Assembly (NCBI RefSeq): GCF_009914755.1
Contig: NC_060929.1
Reading direction: 5' to 3' (one strand)
Source of the DNA: the human T2T-CHM13v2.0 reference genome, Homo sapiens
DNA length: 64,000 nt
Positions 1-16,449 of this stretch are shown here, piece by piece. The notes under the pieces were generated by a model, which made no database searches, was not told where the DNA came from, and saw only the letters and a program-made list of their open reading frames with translations. A program made the position numbers and the translations under genes. Position 1 is the stretch's first letter. Each line of letters starts with the position of its first letter.

Positions 1-305
<305 letters not shown>

Positions 306-767
306 TAAAATGGTTGGACTAGTTGATTTTTTCAGTCTTCCCAGCTCTAACCTTCTATGAGTAAATGAGTTTGTGGGCAGGCCTGGGGACACACCCATCT
401 CATTTCTCTGGGAAAGTGCAGTACAAATCCAAACAGGCTCAATAAATGGACTTCTGGAACATAATCCATTAAAGTTGGGACTAACTAAATAGAAATGAAA
501 CATATATAGGCTTTGGAAGACAATATATTGTGTCCATATTTGGCAGAGCCCCCGGAGACTTTGCTACTCCAACTGCTAAAGTAAACATTGCATGCCACAC
601 TTCAGTATGTCTGGTATATAACTAGGGCTGTGTTTTGAATTTTCTGTCTGCATTACCCCCTCTCCCTGACTAGTATTGCAGTAATAAGCCAATATGTTTT
701 AGGCAGGAAAAGAAAATCGTAATAACCAGTATACTATTTGAAAAGATAATGCATTTGGGAAGAATAA

Positions 768-1067
<300 letters not shown>

Positions 1068-1819
1068 GGGAAGAACAATTCTTGGAAGCAGACTAGTAGA
1101 AAAATATTTCCTTTTCTAGATATAAAACTTTGGTTATTCTGGTTTCCATATAAAATACCTCATTTCCGACATATACTTAGACCCCTATTTCTTTTTTTTG
1201 AGTGTGTAATTCAGCTAACAATTGGATCCTCCTGGTCTGGGAGTAAAGCATGACCTTCAACAAGATTTTTACTAATTCTCAGACCTTATTCTATTCTGAT
1301 GTTGTTTGGATCTGTTTGCTGGTACTATTTGAAGTGGATAATTGGGTTTTAGCAAAACCCTCCTTCTATATAACAAAATGTTTTAAATACCAATCATAAA
1401 ATTAATAAGCCAATAGGACCAGTGGCCAGAAAAAAAAAGACAATGAGAATTCCCAGTTACTGCACTTCACACAAGTACAAATTATGTCACTAAAAAAACA
1501 TGAAAAATAAAATAAAGGTAACAGCATAGAAAGGAAGAATAATGGGCTAATACTTCTAAATTTTATTGGTGCATTTTCTAAAACAAAGGAAATGAAAACT
1601 TAACCACATATTGATCTGTCACAGTAATGAATAAGACTGTTATTATTAGTGTCTGTTTCATCCTTAATTTCTGAAAATTGGAAAGAATTACTAATTAAGA
1701 AAACTTATTCTTTGTGTATTCATATTTAATGGATAGCATAGTCACATTTGTTCATTAATACCTGTTCATAATTGATCAAAGAACAACTTTTAGTAATTTT
1801 AAATAAAAAAAATTTAACA

Positions 1820-2110
1820 GGCCAGCAAAGTGGCTCAAGCCTGTAATCCCCACACTCTGGGAGGCCGAGGCAGGTGGATAACGAAGTCAGGAGTTCAAGA
1901 CCAGCCTGGCCAACATGTTTAAACCCCTTCTCTGCTAAAAATACAAAAAATTAGCCAGGCATCGTGACATGACTTGTAGTCCCAGCTACTTAGGAGGCTG
2001 AGGCAGAAGAATCGCTTGAACCCGGGAGGCGGAGGTTGCAGTGAGCCAAAATGTTCCACTGCACTCCAGCCTGGGCGACAGAGTGAGACTTTGTCTCAAA
2101 AAATAAAAAA
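1820..2110 (+). mobile_element. AluS (Sg-like)
   Basis: Full Alu with A tail; TSD aaaaaatttaaca on both sides. Confidence 0.95.
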
Positions 2111-2169
2111 AAATAAAAAAATTTAACATGCACCAACAGTTATATGAAAAGAATTTCTAAAGCATTTTA

Positions 2170-2706
<537 letters not shown>

Positions 2707-3636
2707 AGTTAAAAGATTAGTCAGATATCTGTAACAATTCCATTTCACAGTATATTCAGGAAATTGTAAAACTGTCATGTCTGTTTGGATTGATTCCAAT
2801 GGCTGTCAAATGATATGTTTTGCTATGGTTTGGAATAGTTTAAAATCACCTCTGGCATTACATATTCCAGCATTTGAACAACAGATTTGACATGATCAAC
2901 ATCATGTTGATCATGATACACATGATCATGATTGTAAAATTAAAGAAACAGAAATTGAGTTCTTAGTCTTGAATGAATGCATGACACAGTCTAAATGTGT
3001 TAGGGTGCTGATGGTTTAACGTGCTTTCTCCAAATTAATTTCCATGTAGAACACAATGTTTATTAAAGGAGAAGTGCTAAAATTTTGCCAATTTGTAGCT
3101 TACTTGTGCATTATTAGATTTCAACAGAAATCAAGGCAGTTGTTTAGATTTAGAACTTAGACCACCACCCAAAAGCTGTTTTCAGGGAGGAGCATTTTAT
3201 CACTGATGTGGAAAATTGCCAGCTAAGGCAGACAGACCTTGAGTTGATTTCATTATTGTCTTTATGCTTCTAAATTTTTATTTTAAAAGTTTTTGGGTTA
3301 CACGTGCTGTTTGGTTACATGGATAAGTTCTTTAGTGGTGATTTCTGAGATTTTAGTGCACCCATCACCTGAGCAGTGTACACTGTACCCAATATGTAGT
3401 ATTTTATACTTCACCTCTCTCCCAACTTCCCCCACTAGTCCCCAAAGTCCATTATATCATTCTTATGCCTCTGCATCCTCGTAGCTTAGCTCCCGCTTAT
3501 AAGTAAGAACATGTAATATTTGTTTTTCCATTCCTGAGTTACTTAGAATAATGACCTCCAGCCCCATTATTGCTGCAAAACATATTACACAACATGAATG
3601 CTACTCAGCCATAAAAGGAACAAAAGATATTATTTC

Positions 3637-3868
3637 ACAGGTGACAAGAAAGAGAGAAGAGAGAAGGAGAGAAGAGCTGCAGCCCTTTGGAGGACCCAGA
3701 CCTGAGAGCTCCCCAAACCAGGGCTGTGACTCCCCTTTTGAGGCCTCGTGGTTCCTGGAGTCTCCAAGCTCCCGGGCACCACCACATTCCCCAGTGCCAG
3801 CAGTGGAGGCAGCTTGCAGTGTGCCTGGTCCAGCCACAGCCTTACAGTGAGCCAGCACCTGTGCTAGT
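3637..3868 (+). mobile_element. Isolated internal fragment of a MER52-type LTR
   Basis: Reverse-complement homologue of 5335-5515 (nearly identical spurious translations NQGCDS...WFLESPSSR...ATALQ); no LTR termini. Confidence 0.85.
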
Positions 3869-3870
3869 AA

Positions 3871-4299
<429 letters not shown>

Positions 4300-5069
4300 T
4301 GATGGGCACTTAGATTGGTTCCATATTTTTGCAATTGTGAATTGTGCTACTATAAACATGCATGTGCATGTGTCTTTTTCATATAACGGCTTATTTTCCT
4401 TTGGATAGATACTTTGCAGTGGGATTAAATAGTAGTTCTACTTTTAGCTCTTTAAGGAATCTCCACACTGTTTCCACAGTTGTACTAATTTACATTCCCA
4501 TCAGCAGTGTAAAAGTGTTCCCATTTTATCTTATCCATGCCAAAATTTTTTTTATGGTAATTCTTGCAGTAGTAAGGTGGTATCTCATTTTGGTTTTAAT
4601 TTGCATTTCCTTGATAATTGCATGTGATGTTGGGCATTTTCTTGTACGTTTCTGGGATGTCTGTATAGCTTCCTACAGACAATCTCCCTCCCCTGGTTAA
4701 CTGCACCCACTGCAGACCACTCTCACCACCCACCTCTCTGTACTTGGTATTTCATTGGGTCAGTCTCCACCGCTCCTTAGATGCAAGTCTTAGCTTCCCT
4801 CAACTATTTTCACAAGAAATCTCTTTACATCAACCTAAGCAAGCGTTTTGAGAAGTTTTAAAAAACGTACGGATGATGTGATATGTTACCAGCACAGGAC
4901 ACACGGTTTGGTCTCTTGTTTTCTCTCTAACACACCCCTACCCCTATTCATTTTTTTCTCCTTCCTCCTCTTGTCACTGTATCCACTCTAAGGCCCCTAC
5001 ATCCTTTTTCTTCTCCACAGTCAAAATTATCAATACAGTTCTTAACCAATGTTTGTCTCTCCATACAAG

Positions 5070-6810
5070 TGTTATGGGATCTTTGATGGTGTTGCTTTTC
5101 GGGCTGAAAGCCTCTGTGGCCAATGACACATTTGCCCAAATTTTGCTCTGGTCCACTGGGCCCACTCGTCCTGGTAGGCTGTGCTTGGCTCACACTACTG
5201 TCCTGGATCCTATGCTTCTGAAGAGACTGGAAAGGAGTGGCGAGGGGTGTGAAAATGAGCAAGTGTGGGGTCCGGGCACTGTGCACAGTCAGGTATGCCA
5301 GCTGCTGCAGCAGGGCGGGCAGTTCCAGATGCTCGCACAGGTGCTGGCTCATTGCAAGGCTGTGGCTTGACCAGGTGCACTGCAAGGTGCTTCTACTGCT
5401 GGCACCAGGGGACTTGGTGGTGTCCGGGAGCTTGGAGACTCTAGGAACCACAGGGCCCCAAAGTGGGAGTCACAGCCCTGGTTCAGGGAGCTCACAGCTC
5501 TTCTCTCCTTCTTGTAGCCTTCAAGGTGGTGAGCAAGGAGCATGTTTCAGCCCTGTTTGTGTTACCACTCTTTTAGCCTCACCATTTGGTGGGTCCTGAG
5601 TTCTCATCCTGTGACCAGGAAGAATGAGGAATGCAGACAAGTAGAGGGCGAGCAAGACGAAGAGGAGTCTGAGTTTATTGAGCAATAGAACAGCTTGGAG
5701 GAGACCTGCAATGGCAGCTCCTTTTCATAGCCAGGGTGTCCTGACTAGTGTTCAGCTCTCAGCAGAGAGGGCAGGTCCTCTCTGCAGCTGGTCATCCCTT
5801 CATCTCTTCAGCTCTCAGCAGAGAGGGTAGCTCTTCTTTTCTAGGCAGGTCATCCCGATAAGCATCCAGCTCTCATCAGAGAGGGTAGTTCCTCTCTGCA
5901 GCTGGCCATCCCATCGTCTCCCCTTTGTCTCTCCATCCTCTCCGCCCTTTGCTCAAGGCTGGCTGAGTCCGGGGTTTTCATGGGCCTCAGAGGGGAGGAA
6001 GTGTGTGCTAATTGGTCCATGGGTGGCCATGGACAGGACTAGGGAAAAACACCACAAATTCACTCTCTGGTTCATGGAACTGGAGGCCCGGCCCCCAGGC
6101 TTCTGGCCTCCCTGGCTTGAAGGTGGGGCTTCACAGGGGACTTGCCCCCTTCCACCCGGAAGCCTGTCTACCTCCTGCTGCTGTTTATGTCAACCAAACT
6201 GTTCATGCCAAGGGGTGCCTGCAGTCCAGTGCCAGGTTGTCCTCAGCCTCCCTCGGCCTTCTCCCCATGCTTGTTGGTGCCCAAAGGCAGCACAGGGCTG
6301 GCATGTCAGTGCTACCCTGCATGTGTGCACATCTAGCTGGGCTTTGACAATACCTGGGCTTGTCCTGAGTTTGCTCCAAGAATGGAGTGAGCTCTGAGAG
6401 TGGGGAGAAGCCAGGCAGTGGGAGCAGGCATTTCTCAGCCTGCGGGAGGAGGAGGCCATTCCCAGGACCCCAAGAGCACAGAGATCCCCAGGTCCAGAGC
6501 CATGGCAGGGAGGCTGCAGTTGCACCCAGGGAGCTCCTGCCCACCAAGTTGGAAGGGACAGGGCTCCTGTTTGTCCCCGGCTCCCACCAGCTCCATGAAG
6601 CATGTAGCCCTGGCTGTACCTCCTCACAGCCTGGGGCAGGGGCTCCAGGTCTTCGCTGAGCCCCTCTCTGCCCATTCCTCTGTGCCCACCCAACTGCACT
6701 GCTCTCCTGCTGGCAGGTGGCTTGGCATGGCGCCATTGTGGCTGCTCCCAGGGTGGCGGGTTCTGGGGGGCTCCCAAGGGTGGGCTCTTGACGGCCTGCC
6801 ACTACCATCA
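5070..6810 (-). mobile_element. MER52-family ERV1 solo LTR (~1.74 kb)
   Basis: TG...CA termini; 4-bp TSD caag (5066-5069, 6811-6814); GC-rich body with ~60-bp internal repeats at 5745-5905. Confidence 0.88.
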
Positions 6811-7674
6811 CAAGGAATCCTCACTGGGCCTGCGAAGAGAGGGCATTTAATCTATTTTGTCACATAAATGATCAGGCCATATGTAATTTTTTTCATAGAG
6901 TAATTTTCCCAATCGTATTCTACCTTCTAGAATAAACGATATTGGTAGTTGTTATTAGTTGTTTGTGTTTTGTAGCTATAAAAACATCAAAATTAAGATG
7001 TGAAATGGCTCCTCCTTCCTAGAAAGATTCATTGTAAACCTAATTGTATAGTGAGTCTCAGATGCTTAAAAACCGTTGCACCTAAAGCTTTATCATTGAT
7101 TAAATCCCTTAACTAACATTTTTGTGAATGCAAAGGAAAGGTAGGTATTCATTTAGAAGTTCTTTGCATGTTTACAAGCAATTAATAAGTGCCTGGCTGA
7201 CTTTTAACGAGATTGTGCTAATTCCATTTGTCTAACTTTCCTCCTAGTTTTGATTTTGCAAACTTTAATCATTTCCCTTACTGTTTTCTTAACTTTTCTG
7301 CATTTCTTAACATTAATTTTACTTACTTAATTGTGATTAAATGGTGAACATATAACCAAGTATTTTGAATTTTTTTTACTGTATGTAACATTTAATAAAT
7401 GTATTTTGGTCCTGATCACATTAATTTAGTGGGTTCTAATCTTACATAAGTACTTTAAATGTCTTCCATACTTAAATTTTGGTTATTTCCTTTACATGAC
7501 CCATTTCCTGGTTTTGCTCAATGTAGAAGAGGATGTTTTCTATTTTTATTTTGAATTTTACTGTTCCCCAAGGCCTTCTTAATTATGTTTTTCTTGGGTA
7601 GGCAACATCTTGTCTCTTGATTTTTAAGCCATGACTAAAGTATACCCAGATAGCATGTGATTTGCTAAATGACT

Positions 7675-7980
7675 TTTTTTTTTTTTTTTTTTTTTTTTTG
7701 ACAGAGTCTTGCTTTGTTGCCCAGGCTGGAATGCAGTGGTGTGATCTCGGCTCACCGCAACCTCTGCCTCCTGAGTTCAAGCGATTCTGCTGTCTGAGCT
7801 TCCTGAGTAACTGGGATTATAGGCCAGCACCACCACGCTATACTAAATTTTACTATTTTTGGTAGAGATGGGGTTTTACCAAGTTAGTCAGACTGGTCTT
7901 GAACTCCTGACCTCAAGTGATCCACCTGCCTCAGCCTCCCAAAGTACCGGAATTACAGGTGTGAGCAACCATGCTCAGAC
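7675..7980 (-). mobile_element. AluS
   Basis: Full Alu; TSD taaatga(c/a)tttttt. Confidence 0.93.
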
Positions 7981-8544
7981 TTAAATGAATTTTTTTAAAT
8001 GAAAAATTGGGTTAACGGGTAACAAAAACACTTTACAGTACATCACCCCACAGCCTAGTATCTAGAGTTTTCTCAGTGAAACATAATTTTAGAAATTATC
8101 TCTTTTCGTATTTGTTACTTAATTTGTCATACTGCAAATTTCAAGGGCTGGTAGTAGTAGCCAGTGAAATGCCATGCCCAAAGAGGAAGGTAAATAATGT
8201 TTTTAAATGCATTTGCTAGTTTTATGCTTTACAGAAAATATTTTATTTTCTGTAAAATAAATTAGTTCCAATTTAGAGATGAGGATATTAGGGTTCATAA
8301 ATGTTCAAAAACTTGGTCAAGGTCAAATTAGTGAGTAGTAGTGCTCCTTTCACTTACTACTCAAGCATCTGTTTTCTAATTTTTGCACAGCCCTTGAATT
8401 CAGAGACTATAATTTATTAGTCTATTAAGGTGTAAATTTTAAAGAAGAATAATGTGCCAAATATTGTTATCAAAAAGATTTTCATATGAGACCATTTCTA
8501 CAGAAACTTTTTGTTGTTGTTCCTTTTTCTTATTCAATCTTATT

Positions 8545-9062
8545 GCAGTGATGACTGCAGTAACATGTTGTATCTCTCCTCTTCTTACAACTTAACTTTG
8601 ACACTGCTCCCATCCAGTAATGGGAACTATGTACTCTCCACTTGCATGTACTTGTCAATAATGTTAATACTTTGTGGTTTTTGAGGCTGAGTTATAAAAG
8701 GTGATTTTTAACCTTGTTCTCTTGGGACACTCTCTCAATTCAGCAACCATACTGTTAGGTAGTCCAAGCAGCTTGCAGATAGGTCCATATGGGGAGAATC
8801 AGGGTCTGGTCATGAACAGGAACCACTGAACTGCCAGTCAATAGTGAGCCCCAACTAGCCAGCCATGTGAATGAGTCATCCTGGGAGTAATCCTGCAATA
8901 CCAGTTGAACTGCCCAGCTGATGCTATGTGGAGCAGAGGTAAAACCTTCACAAGGATCCCTGTGAAAACTGAAGTTTTATAAGTGAAATTAACTATTTAT
9001 TGCTGTTGTTTTAAGCCACAGCATTTTATAGTGATTTGCTATTCGGCAATAAGCAAGTGTCA
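8545..9062 (+). mobile_element. MLT1 (MaLR) LTR, MLT1G/H-like
   Basis: cagccatgtgaatgag..., 3' end tgttgttttaagccac...tttgctatt..gcaata. Confidence 0.7.
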
Positions 9063-9944
9063 CATGTTCTTCTGGGTTAATGGAAAACTTACTTTTGAAA
9101 ACCATTTTCATTGCACTACATTTCTGAATGTTTTCTTCCTGTTGTATGAACTAAAAATAATCCAAGAAAAGTTGCCCAACTCCTGAGAGACTTGGACAAA
9201 CCTGAAATAATTTTTGTTTTGTAGTTTCATTCTTATGCTGCTCTATTAAAAAATCTTGCTTGTCTGTTTTGACCAGAAATATCCAGGAAAAAGGCAGTTA
9301 CATTCGTTTACTCTGGACTTGCTGCAAGAGTATGAACAGGCAAAGTAACCTTTGCACTATAGTTAATGTTTTCCACGGAATCTATCTGAACATCAGACTG
9401 CTTCATTGCTACAAGTTATTCAACTTCTATTAATTCTATAATTGAATAGAAGTTTGATTTAACTTGTGGAATTTTGCTTCTAAGAAACCTGCTTCTTTTA
9501 TTTGGAGCACATCTCGTTTCAGTCTTTCTTTGTGTGTCATATTAATAGATTTTTTAAACATTTGTTTTAAACATTTTCCTTAAAAATATATTTTTTTTCT
9601 TCATTCTTCTTATTCTTGCCATGTTCCTGGTCATAAATATCAAGGTGATGGTTTCTAGTTATCCAGGCTTATGTAGCTATTTAACAAGCTCATAAGAATA
9701 TCAACTACATTGTCCACCTGCATATTTTGTCATGGCATAAATAAGCCATATCCTGCAATGGCATTAAATCATAGATATGATAGGATTCATATTAACTATT
9801 TGAAAGAAGCATGTGGACAGGAACTCAAGGAAGTCACACAGGTGAGTTATTCTTTATTGACAATACGGATAAGTAATTGACATTATTACTTTCTGTATCT
9901 GGGAACACTAAACCCTAGTGTCTAGTGTCACAACTGCCTTTACC

Positions 9945-10680
9945 TTGGCTTCCCCAACCCAATTCCCAGAAAACAAAGCTTGTAACAGGGGCTTGTGTGT
10001 GGGTGACTTATTTAGGAAGTGACCCTAGGTAACTGAGATGGGGACTGGAATAGAGTAACATGGAAGGAAGGAAAGCCATGAGTAGTAGTCTGTTTTCAGG
10101 CTGCTGATAAAGACATACCCGAGACTGGGTAATTTATAAGTAAAAATAAGTTTAATGGATTCAACAGTTCCATGTGGCTGGTGAGGCCTGACAGTCATGG
10201 TGGAAGGTGAAAGGCACGTCTTATATAGTGGCAGACAAGAAAGAATGAGAGCCAAGTGAAAGGGATTTCCATTTATAAAACCATCAGATCTTGTGAGACT
10301 TATTCACTACCACAAGAACAGTATGGGGAAAAGCATCCCCATGATTCAATTATCTCCCAACAAGTCCCTCCCACAACACATGGGAATTATGGGAGCTACC
10401 ATTCAAGATGAGATTTGGGTGGGGACACAGCTAAACCATATCACCATGGTAAGAGTTATTTATCAAATTGGTCCCCACTATAGCTACAGGAGCTCAATTC
10501 CTCTGGGAACTTCTCACGAGAAAGTGTCTCAAGGATGAGAAGACAGGGCACTTATCTCTTGACCCCTCCTCCATTGGCCAAGGGTAGCCTGTGGTTTATT
10601 AACTCCTTGGGGCTTCTATGTCTCTTGTGTCTAAGCACGAAGTGGTCTTTGTAAGCCTCCTTTGTTGCTGCATCAGAGGA
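9945..10680 (-). mobile_element. LTR33-like ERVL LTR split by THE1B
   Basis: ttcccagaaaacaaagc...tatttaggaagtgaccctagg; resumes after 10448 (ggagctcaattcctctggg...ccattggccaaggg). Confidence 0.6.
10081..10443 (-). mobile_element. THE1B-like MaLR solo LTR
   Basis: gctgctgataaagacatacccgagactggg...ggggacacagctaaaccatatca; 5-bp TSD ccatg (10076-10080, 10444-10448). Confidence 0.9.
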
Positions 10681-11104
10681 GTACTAGAAAAGGGAGAGGA
10701 GTATGTTATGTGTGCAGTCGAGATAATTATTTTCTAGTAATGCCTATGCAAAGGCAGCTTTTATTATGGTAGCCAGGATCTAAGGTAGCCTGAGAAGATA
10801 TACAGCAAAATACCAAAGACATTCAATATAATTCTCATGACAAAAAGAAAAATAAAGAGAGGAGAAAATTTGTTGACATGTTAAAGGTCCCTTTCAAAGC
10901 GACTTTTAATGTCCAGTGTACAAAGAATAGAAGTACTAGATCCTATTAGTAATAAGTCAGAATCTTGTAAGAGTAGGATTTGGCATATTAAATATCAAAG
11001 TTATTTGAGAATTTTAAAATTATATATATATATAAAGAAACTATATGAAAACAAAGGGCTCTTAAAGGATTTTTTCATTATACCTGGAATATTTAAAAAA
11101 TGTA

Positions 11105-11606
<502 letters not shown>

Positions 11607-11650
11607 CTATGAGGATTACTAGGAAAAACTGAGAAACTGTTACTTGTAAT

Positions 11651-12265
11651 CAAGGATGGCTGCATAAGTTGCAGACGCCGGTGTCAAGTGAAAATACATG
11701 GCCTATTTTTTTTTAAAGCAGGAAAAATTTGTGGTTATAGTACACAAAACTTTTGATTTGTTCCCGCAGTCCTGCTCTCAAATTGATTTTTTAAATTTGT
11801 TTTAATATTACTCTAAAGAAGAAAAAATTAAAATGTCAATCATTAGCTTAAATTTTACCTTTTGTCCTTGTGTTGTACAACGCCAATTCTAAAGGCAAAT
11901 AGCATGTTTAATTCATGTGATATCACGACCAGGACAATTTCTATTTCATGGCTTGTCCCTGGAGGGTGTGTCAAGCTGGCTACAGAAACAAATATGAGCT
12001 GAATCTGGGAAGATTGGAAGAAGGCACCTTGAGCATGGGGAATCTCACTGGGTAAGTGCAGACCTTCACGGGGACCTGGAGTCCTACCCAGTGGACCAGC
12101 CGCTGGATTGATTCACTTGACTTCAGCTAGAGGAGGGGTCTGGGTTTAGGGGGTGAGGCTTCTACCCTTTTCATAGCCCACTGACCCAACCTATGGCAGA
12201 CAGGTGACCCCCAGGGATCTTCAGACTTCTCCACCAGGATGCACTCAGTATCTGAATCAGGTGTC
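11651..12265 (+). mobile_element. MER45-like hAT DNA transposon relic
   Basis: Start caaggatggctgcataagttgcag...gtgaaaat resembles the MER45 terminus; internal aagtgcagaccttcac block. Confidence 0.55.
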
Positions 12266-12283
12266 CTATATTATTAGTTTATA

Positions 12284-12330
12284 TTAGGTTGGTGCAAAAG
12301 TAAGTGCGATTTTTGCCATTAAAATTAATA
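12284..12330 (+). mobile_element. MADE1 (Mariner MITE) partial
   Basis: ta-ttaggttggtgcaaaagtaagtgcgatttttgccatt matches the Hsmar1/MADE1 TIR. Confidence 0.85.
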
Positions 12331-12699
12331 TTTTAAAGTCCTGAAGGCTGGGTTGGCTATTGTTTGATTTGATCCATCTTTCTAACTTGCTGTGATACTT
12401 TGGATCCTTATTGTATGGGGTAGGTATTTATTCAGTTGTTTTCTCACGGACCTCTCTACACTTTTTAGGAACTAGCTATCTTCCTGTTTTATATGGAAAA
12501 ATTGATGGGCTCCAAAATTTGCTCTTATCGCAAATCTATCACAGTGAAAATTACAATAAATGGTTCTTCCAATTGTAAAGATCTACCCTAGTTGACAGGC
12601 AGTTTGGGCTATAATAGTAATTTTTTTTCTGTTTTAGAAGAGGTATCCATGACAACCAAGGAGCTGGCTCCAGCTCTCATTTGCTCTAAGGAGTTGATG

Positions 12700-13070
12700 C
12701 CATGAGTTTGGCATTCAATTCTCAATGCTGTACTTAGAAGGACACAAATTCACTGACATCTGTCTAATAGGAATGGTAGATGATTTTGAAAGCGAAATCT
12801 GTGAGGAACAATTTAAATTCTTAGAAGAAAAGGAGTTGTGGGAGCCATCTAGCTGATTTGAAATATTTAAAGACCTGTCATATGGAAGAGGAATGTGATT
12901 AATCCTGAGTGTCCTCAAAGACAGAACTAGTATTAATGGATAGATGTGAGGTGAACGCAAATTAGTTTAACAGAAAGAAATTGTGGACAGCCACACTTGT
13001 GCAAAAGTGATTCATAACTTAGGACACTTTTCCTCATTGGAGGTATTCAGGCTGGAGAATACTCTGTACC
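12700..13070 (+). mobile_element. L3/CR1 LINE fragment
   Basis: tgtgaggaacaatttaa...tttgaaatatttaaagacctgtcatatggaagagg...tcattggaggtattcagg. Confidence 0.6.
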
Positions 13071-13220
13071 AAGGCCACTGCCCCAGATTGAATTTGTCCT
13101 ACTGTAGTGGAATTGAGAATGAATAACAGGGAATGGTTCCTAGAGCGTGAAGGACCATTTGCTGCTCTGAGAAGTATTATTTCTTGTTATAAACTGTTGT
13201 GTTAAGGAGCACACAGTGCC

Positions 13221-13636
13221 TATATTAATTTTTAAGGGCTGCTGTAACAAAGTATCACAAACAGGGTGGCTTCAAATGACAGAAACTTATTGTTTCACAG
13301 TTCTAGAGGTTGGATGTCCAAAGTCAAGTTGTTGGTGGGGCCATGCTCCCGAAACCTGTACAGAAGAATTCTTCCTTGCCTGTTCCTAGCTTCTGAAAAT
13401 TGCCATCAACCTTTGTCATTCCTTGGCTTTCAACTGTATCACTCCAATCTCTACCTCTGTTGTTACATGCCTTTCCTCTTGTCATAAGGACACTAGTCAT
13501 GTTTGATTAGGGTCTCCCCTAATGATTTCATCTTGACTACATCTACAAAGACCCTATGTCCAAATAGGATCACCTTCACAGATACCAGTGTTAAGACTTC
13601 AACATATCTTTTTGGAGGACACAATTCAACCTATAA
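13221..13636 (-). mobile_element. MLT1C-like MaLR LTR
   Basis: gggctgctgtaacaaagtatcacaaac...ttttggaggacacaattcaacc. Confidence 0.85.
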
Positions 13637-14096
13637 GTGTTCCAAGGAGAGTGACAATTCTGCACTTTGATTCTCCACCTGGCTCTGTCTCTGCCATACT
13701 TAATTATCTAAGGAAGACAACTCACCTCTTGGAACTTCAGTTGCTGTTTCTGTAAGATGAGAGCAATGCCTTTCTTTGGCTTTGGATCTATGTGAACATA
13801 CAAAGCATTAACAAATGGACATGAACTCTGAAAAACTCTCATATGTGGATGCCTTCAATGCAGTTCACTCTGTATATGTACATCTCCAAATTATAACTCT
13901 TTTTTCTTTTGAGCAAATTAAAGCAAGAAGTGCTTTATTTCTAACACATAGGAAAGTCTCGGTCACCACAGGCCAAAAGGCGGGATTGACAGTAAGAACA
14001 TGAAAAACAGCACAGATGTATTTCATTTTGGAGGAGTCTGGGAAAATGAACTAACTTAGTCAACATGATCTACTCAGTCCATATGAGGAAAAGAAA

Positions 14097-14122
14097 ACAC
14101 ACACACACACAAACACACACAC
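14097..14122. repeat. Interrupted (CA)n microsatellite
   Basis: acacacacacacacaaacacacacac. Confidence 0.8.
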
Positions 14123-14868
14123 AAAATTACAATTTACTCTAAAATTTGTGATCAATTTGTCGCTGTGCAGTCACTTTGTTCCCACAATATCTTATTCAAA
14201 GACTTTCTGGTGACCTAAATCTGTCATTTTCTCCTAAGAGTACCTGTTTTCTATCTTGTCTTTGGGCTCCAGCTACTCTTTACGTTCACTGTTGATTACC
14301 ATCGGTGATAATTTGGGGTGACAAGCAACATGTTTCCAAACAAAGGGGATGAATGGCTCGGCATTTGAGAAAGACTAAAAAAAAAATAGGTCTGAAACGA
14401 TGCAAACTGGGATAATGTATTCTCAAAGGCTTAAAGTAATGGATACGAATCAAGAGTGGCAACAGAAATCTTGAAAATGAACAAAGAAGAACTCATATTT
14501 TCTGATTTTGAAGTGTATTTCAAAGCTAAAGCAATCAAGACAGTGTGGAACTGGCATAAAGACAGACATAGAGATCAATGAAATTGAATTGAGAGGCCAG
14601 AAATAGACTCTTACATTAATAGCCAATTGATTTCCAACAAAGCTGCTAAGATAATATGAAGAGAGAAATAATGGTCTTTTTAACAAATGGTGCTGGGACA
14701 GTGGAATAGTCACATGCAAAAGAGTGAAATTGGACATCTGGTTCATGTCATATACAAAAATTAAGTAAAAATGGATCACAGACCTAAATGTTAAAAAGCT
14801 AACTCTATAAAACTGTTAGAAGAAAGCATGGGATGAAACCTCTGTGACTTTGGGTTAGGAAATGGTTT

Positions 14869-15412
14869 TATTTATTTATTTATTTATTCATTTATAATAA
14901 TTATTAATATTTTTAAGTGACAAATCATAATTTATACATTTACAGGGTAGAATGTGATGTTTTGATATAGGTACCCAATGTGGCATGATTAAATCCTATC
15001 TATCACCTCAACTACCTGTCATTTTTTATGGTGAAACATTTGAAATTTAGTTTCTCAATTATTTTGAAATATATAACACATTATTATTGATAATAGCCAC
15101 ACTGATGTGCACTAGACATTAAAATCTATTGCACTTGTCTATCCAAAACCTTGTACCCTTTGATCAAGAACTCCCCATTCCCTCTCTCTCCACCAGCCCA
15201 TCCCCAAGCCTCTGGTAATCATTGTTCTACTCTCTACTTCTATAAATTCAGCTTTATTAGATTCCACATATAAATGAGTCATGTGATATTTGTCTTTCTG
15301 TGCCTAACTTATTTCCCTTAGCATAATGTCCTTCAGATTCATCCATATTGTCACGAATGACAGGTTCCCCACCTCCTTTTTAAGGCTAAATAATATTCCA
15401 TTTATATATATA
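14869..15412 (-). mobile_element. L1MA-like 3' end nested in L1MB
   Basis: (ttta)n tail, L1MA 3'UTR; TSD aggaaatggttt on both sides. Confidence 0.8.
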
Positions 15413-15889
15413 AGGAAATGGTTTCTTTGATAATATACCAGAAGAACAAGTGACAAAAGAGAAAAGTAGATAAACTGGGCTTTAAAATGTTTTGTGCTGC
15501 AAATTATACCATTAAGAAAATGAAAGGGCAAGCTTCAGAATGGAAGACAATATTTGCAAATCATGTATCTGATAAGAGACTTGTATCCAGAATACATAAA
15601 GAACTCTGACAATTTAATAATGTAAGACAAATAGCCCTATTTTAAAAGGAAAAATTTCCAATAGACCTTTATCCTAAGTCGATATAAAAATGGCAAATAA
15701 GCACATGAAAAACTGCTTAACTTCATTAGTCATTAGGGGAATGTAAATCAAAATTACAATGAAGTTCCACTTTATACTCACTAAAATGGCTATAATAAAA
15801 AAGGTGACAGCAGCAAGTGTTGACAAGTTTGTGGAGAAATTGAAACCCTTATATACATGGCTGGTGGGACTGTAAAATGGTACAGGCAT

Positions 15890-16189
<300 letters not shown>

Positions 16190-16449
16190 GTACAGGTGCT
16201 TTGGAAAATGATTTGACAGTTTTTCATGATGTTAAACATAGAATTACTATTTGAGTTAATAATTATACTCTTCTAAATATACCCAAGTGAATTGAAAACA
16301 TATGTCCACACAAAAACTATGCATGAATGTTCACAGCAAAAACCTCAAACTGGAAATAACCCAAAAGGTCTATTAAATGATGAATGAATAAGTCAAGTGT
16401 GGTATATCTATATAATGGAATTCTTATTGGCAATAAATAGGAATGAAGT

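Noticed and set aside
4948-6867. Cluster of 110-202 aa ORFs on both strands
   Set aside because: Almost all lie within the GC-rich MER52 LTR; they overlap in several frames, show no recognisable domain, and GC-rich sequence has few stops.
9836-9848. Strong splice donor cag|gtgagt
   Set aside because: No convincing upstream acceptor or reading frame; expected by chance in 64 kb.
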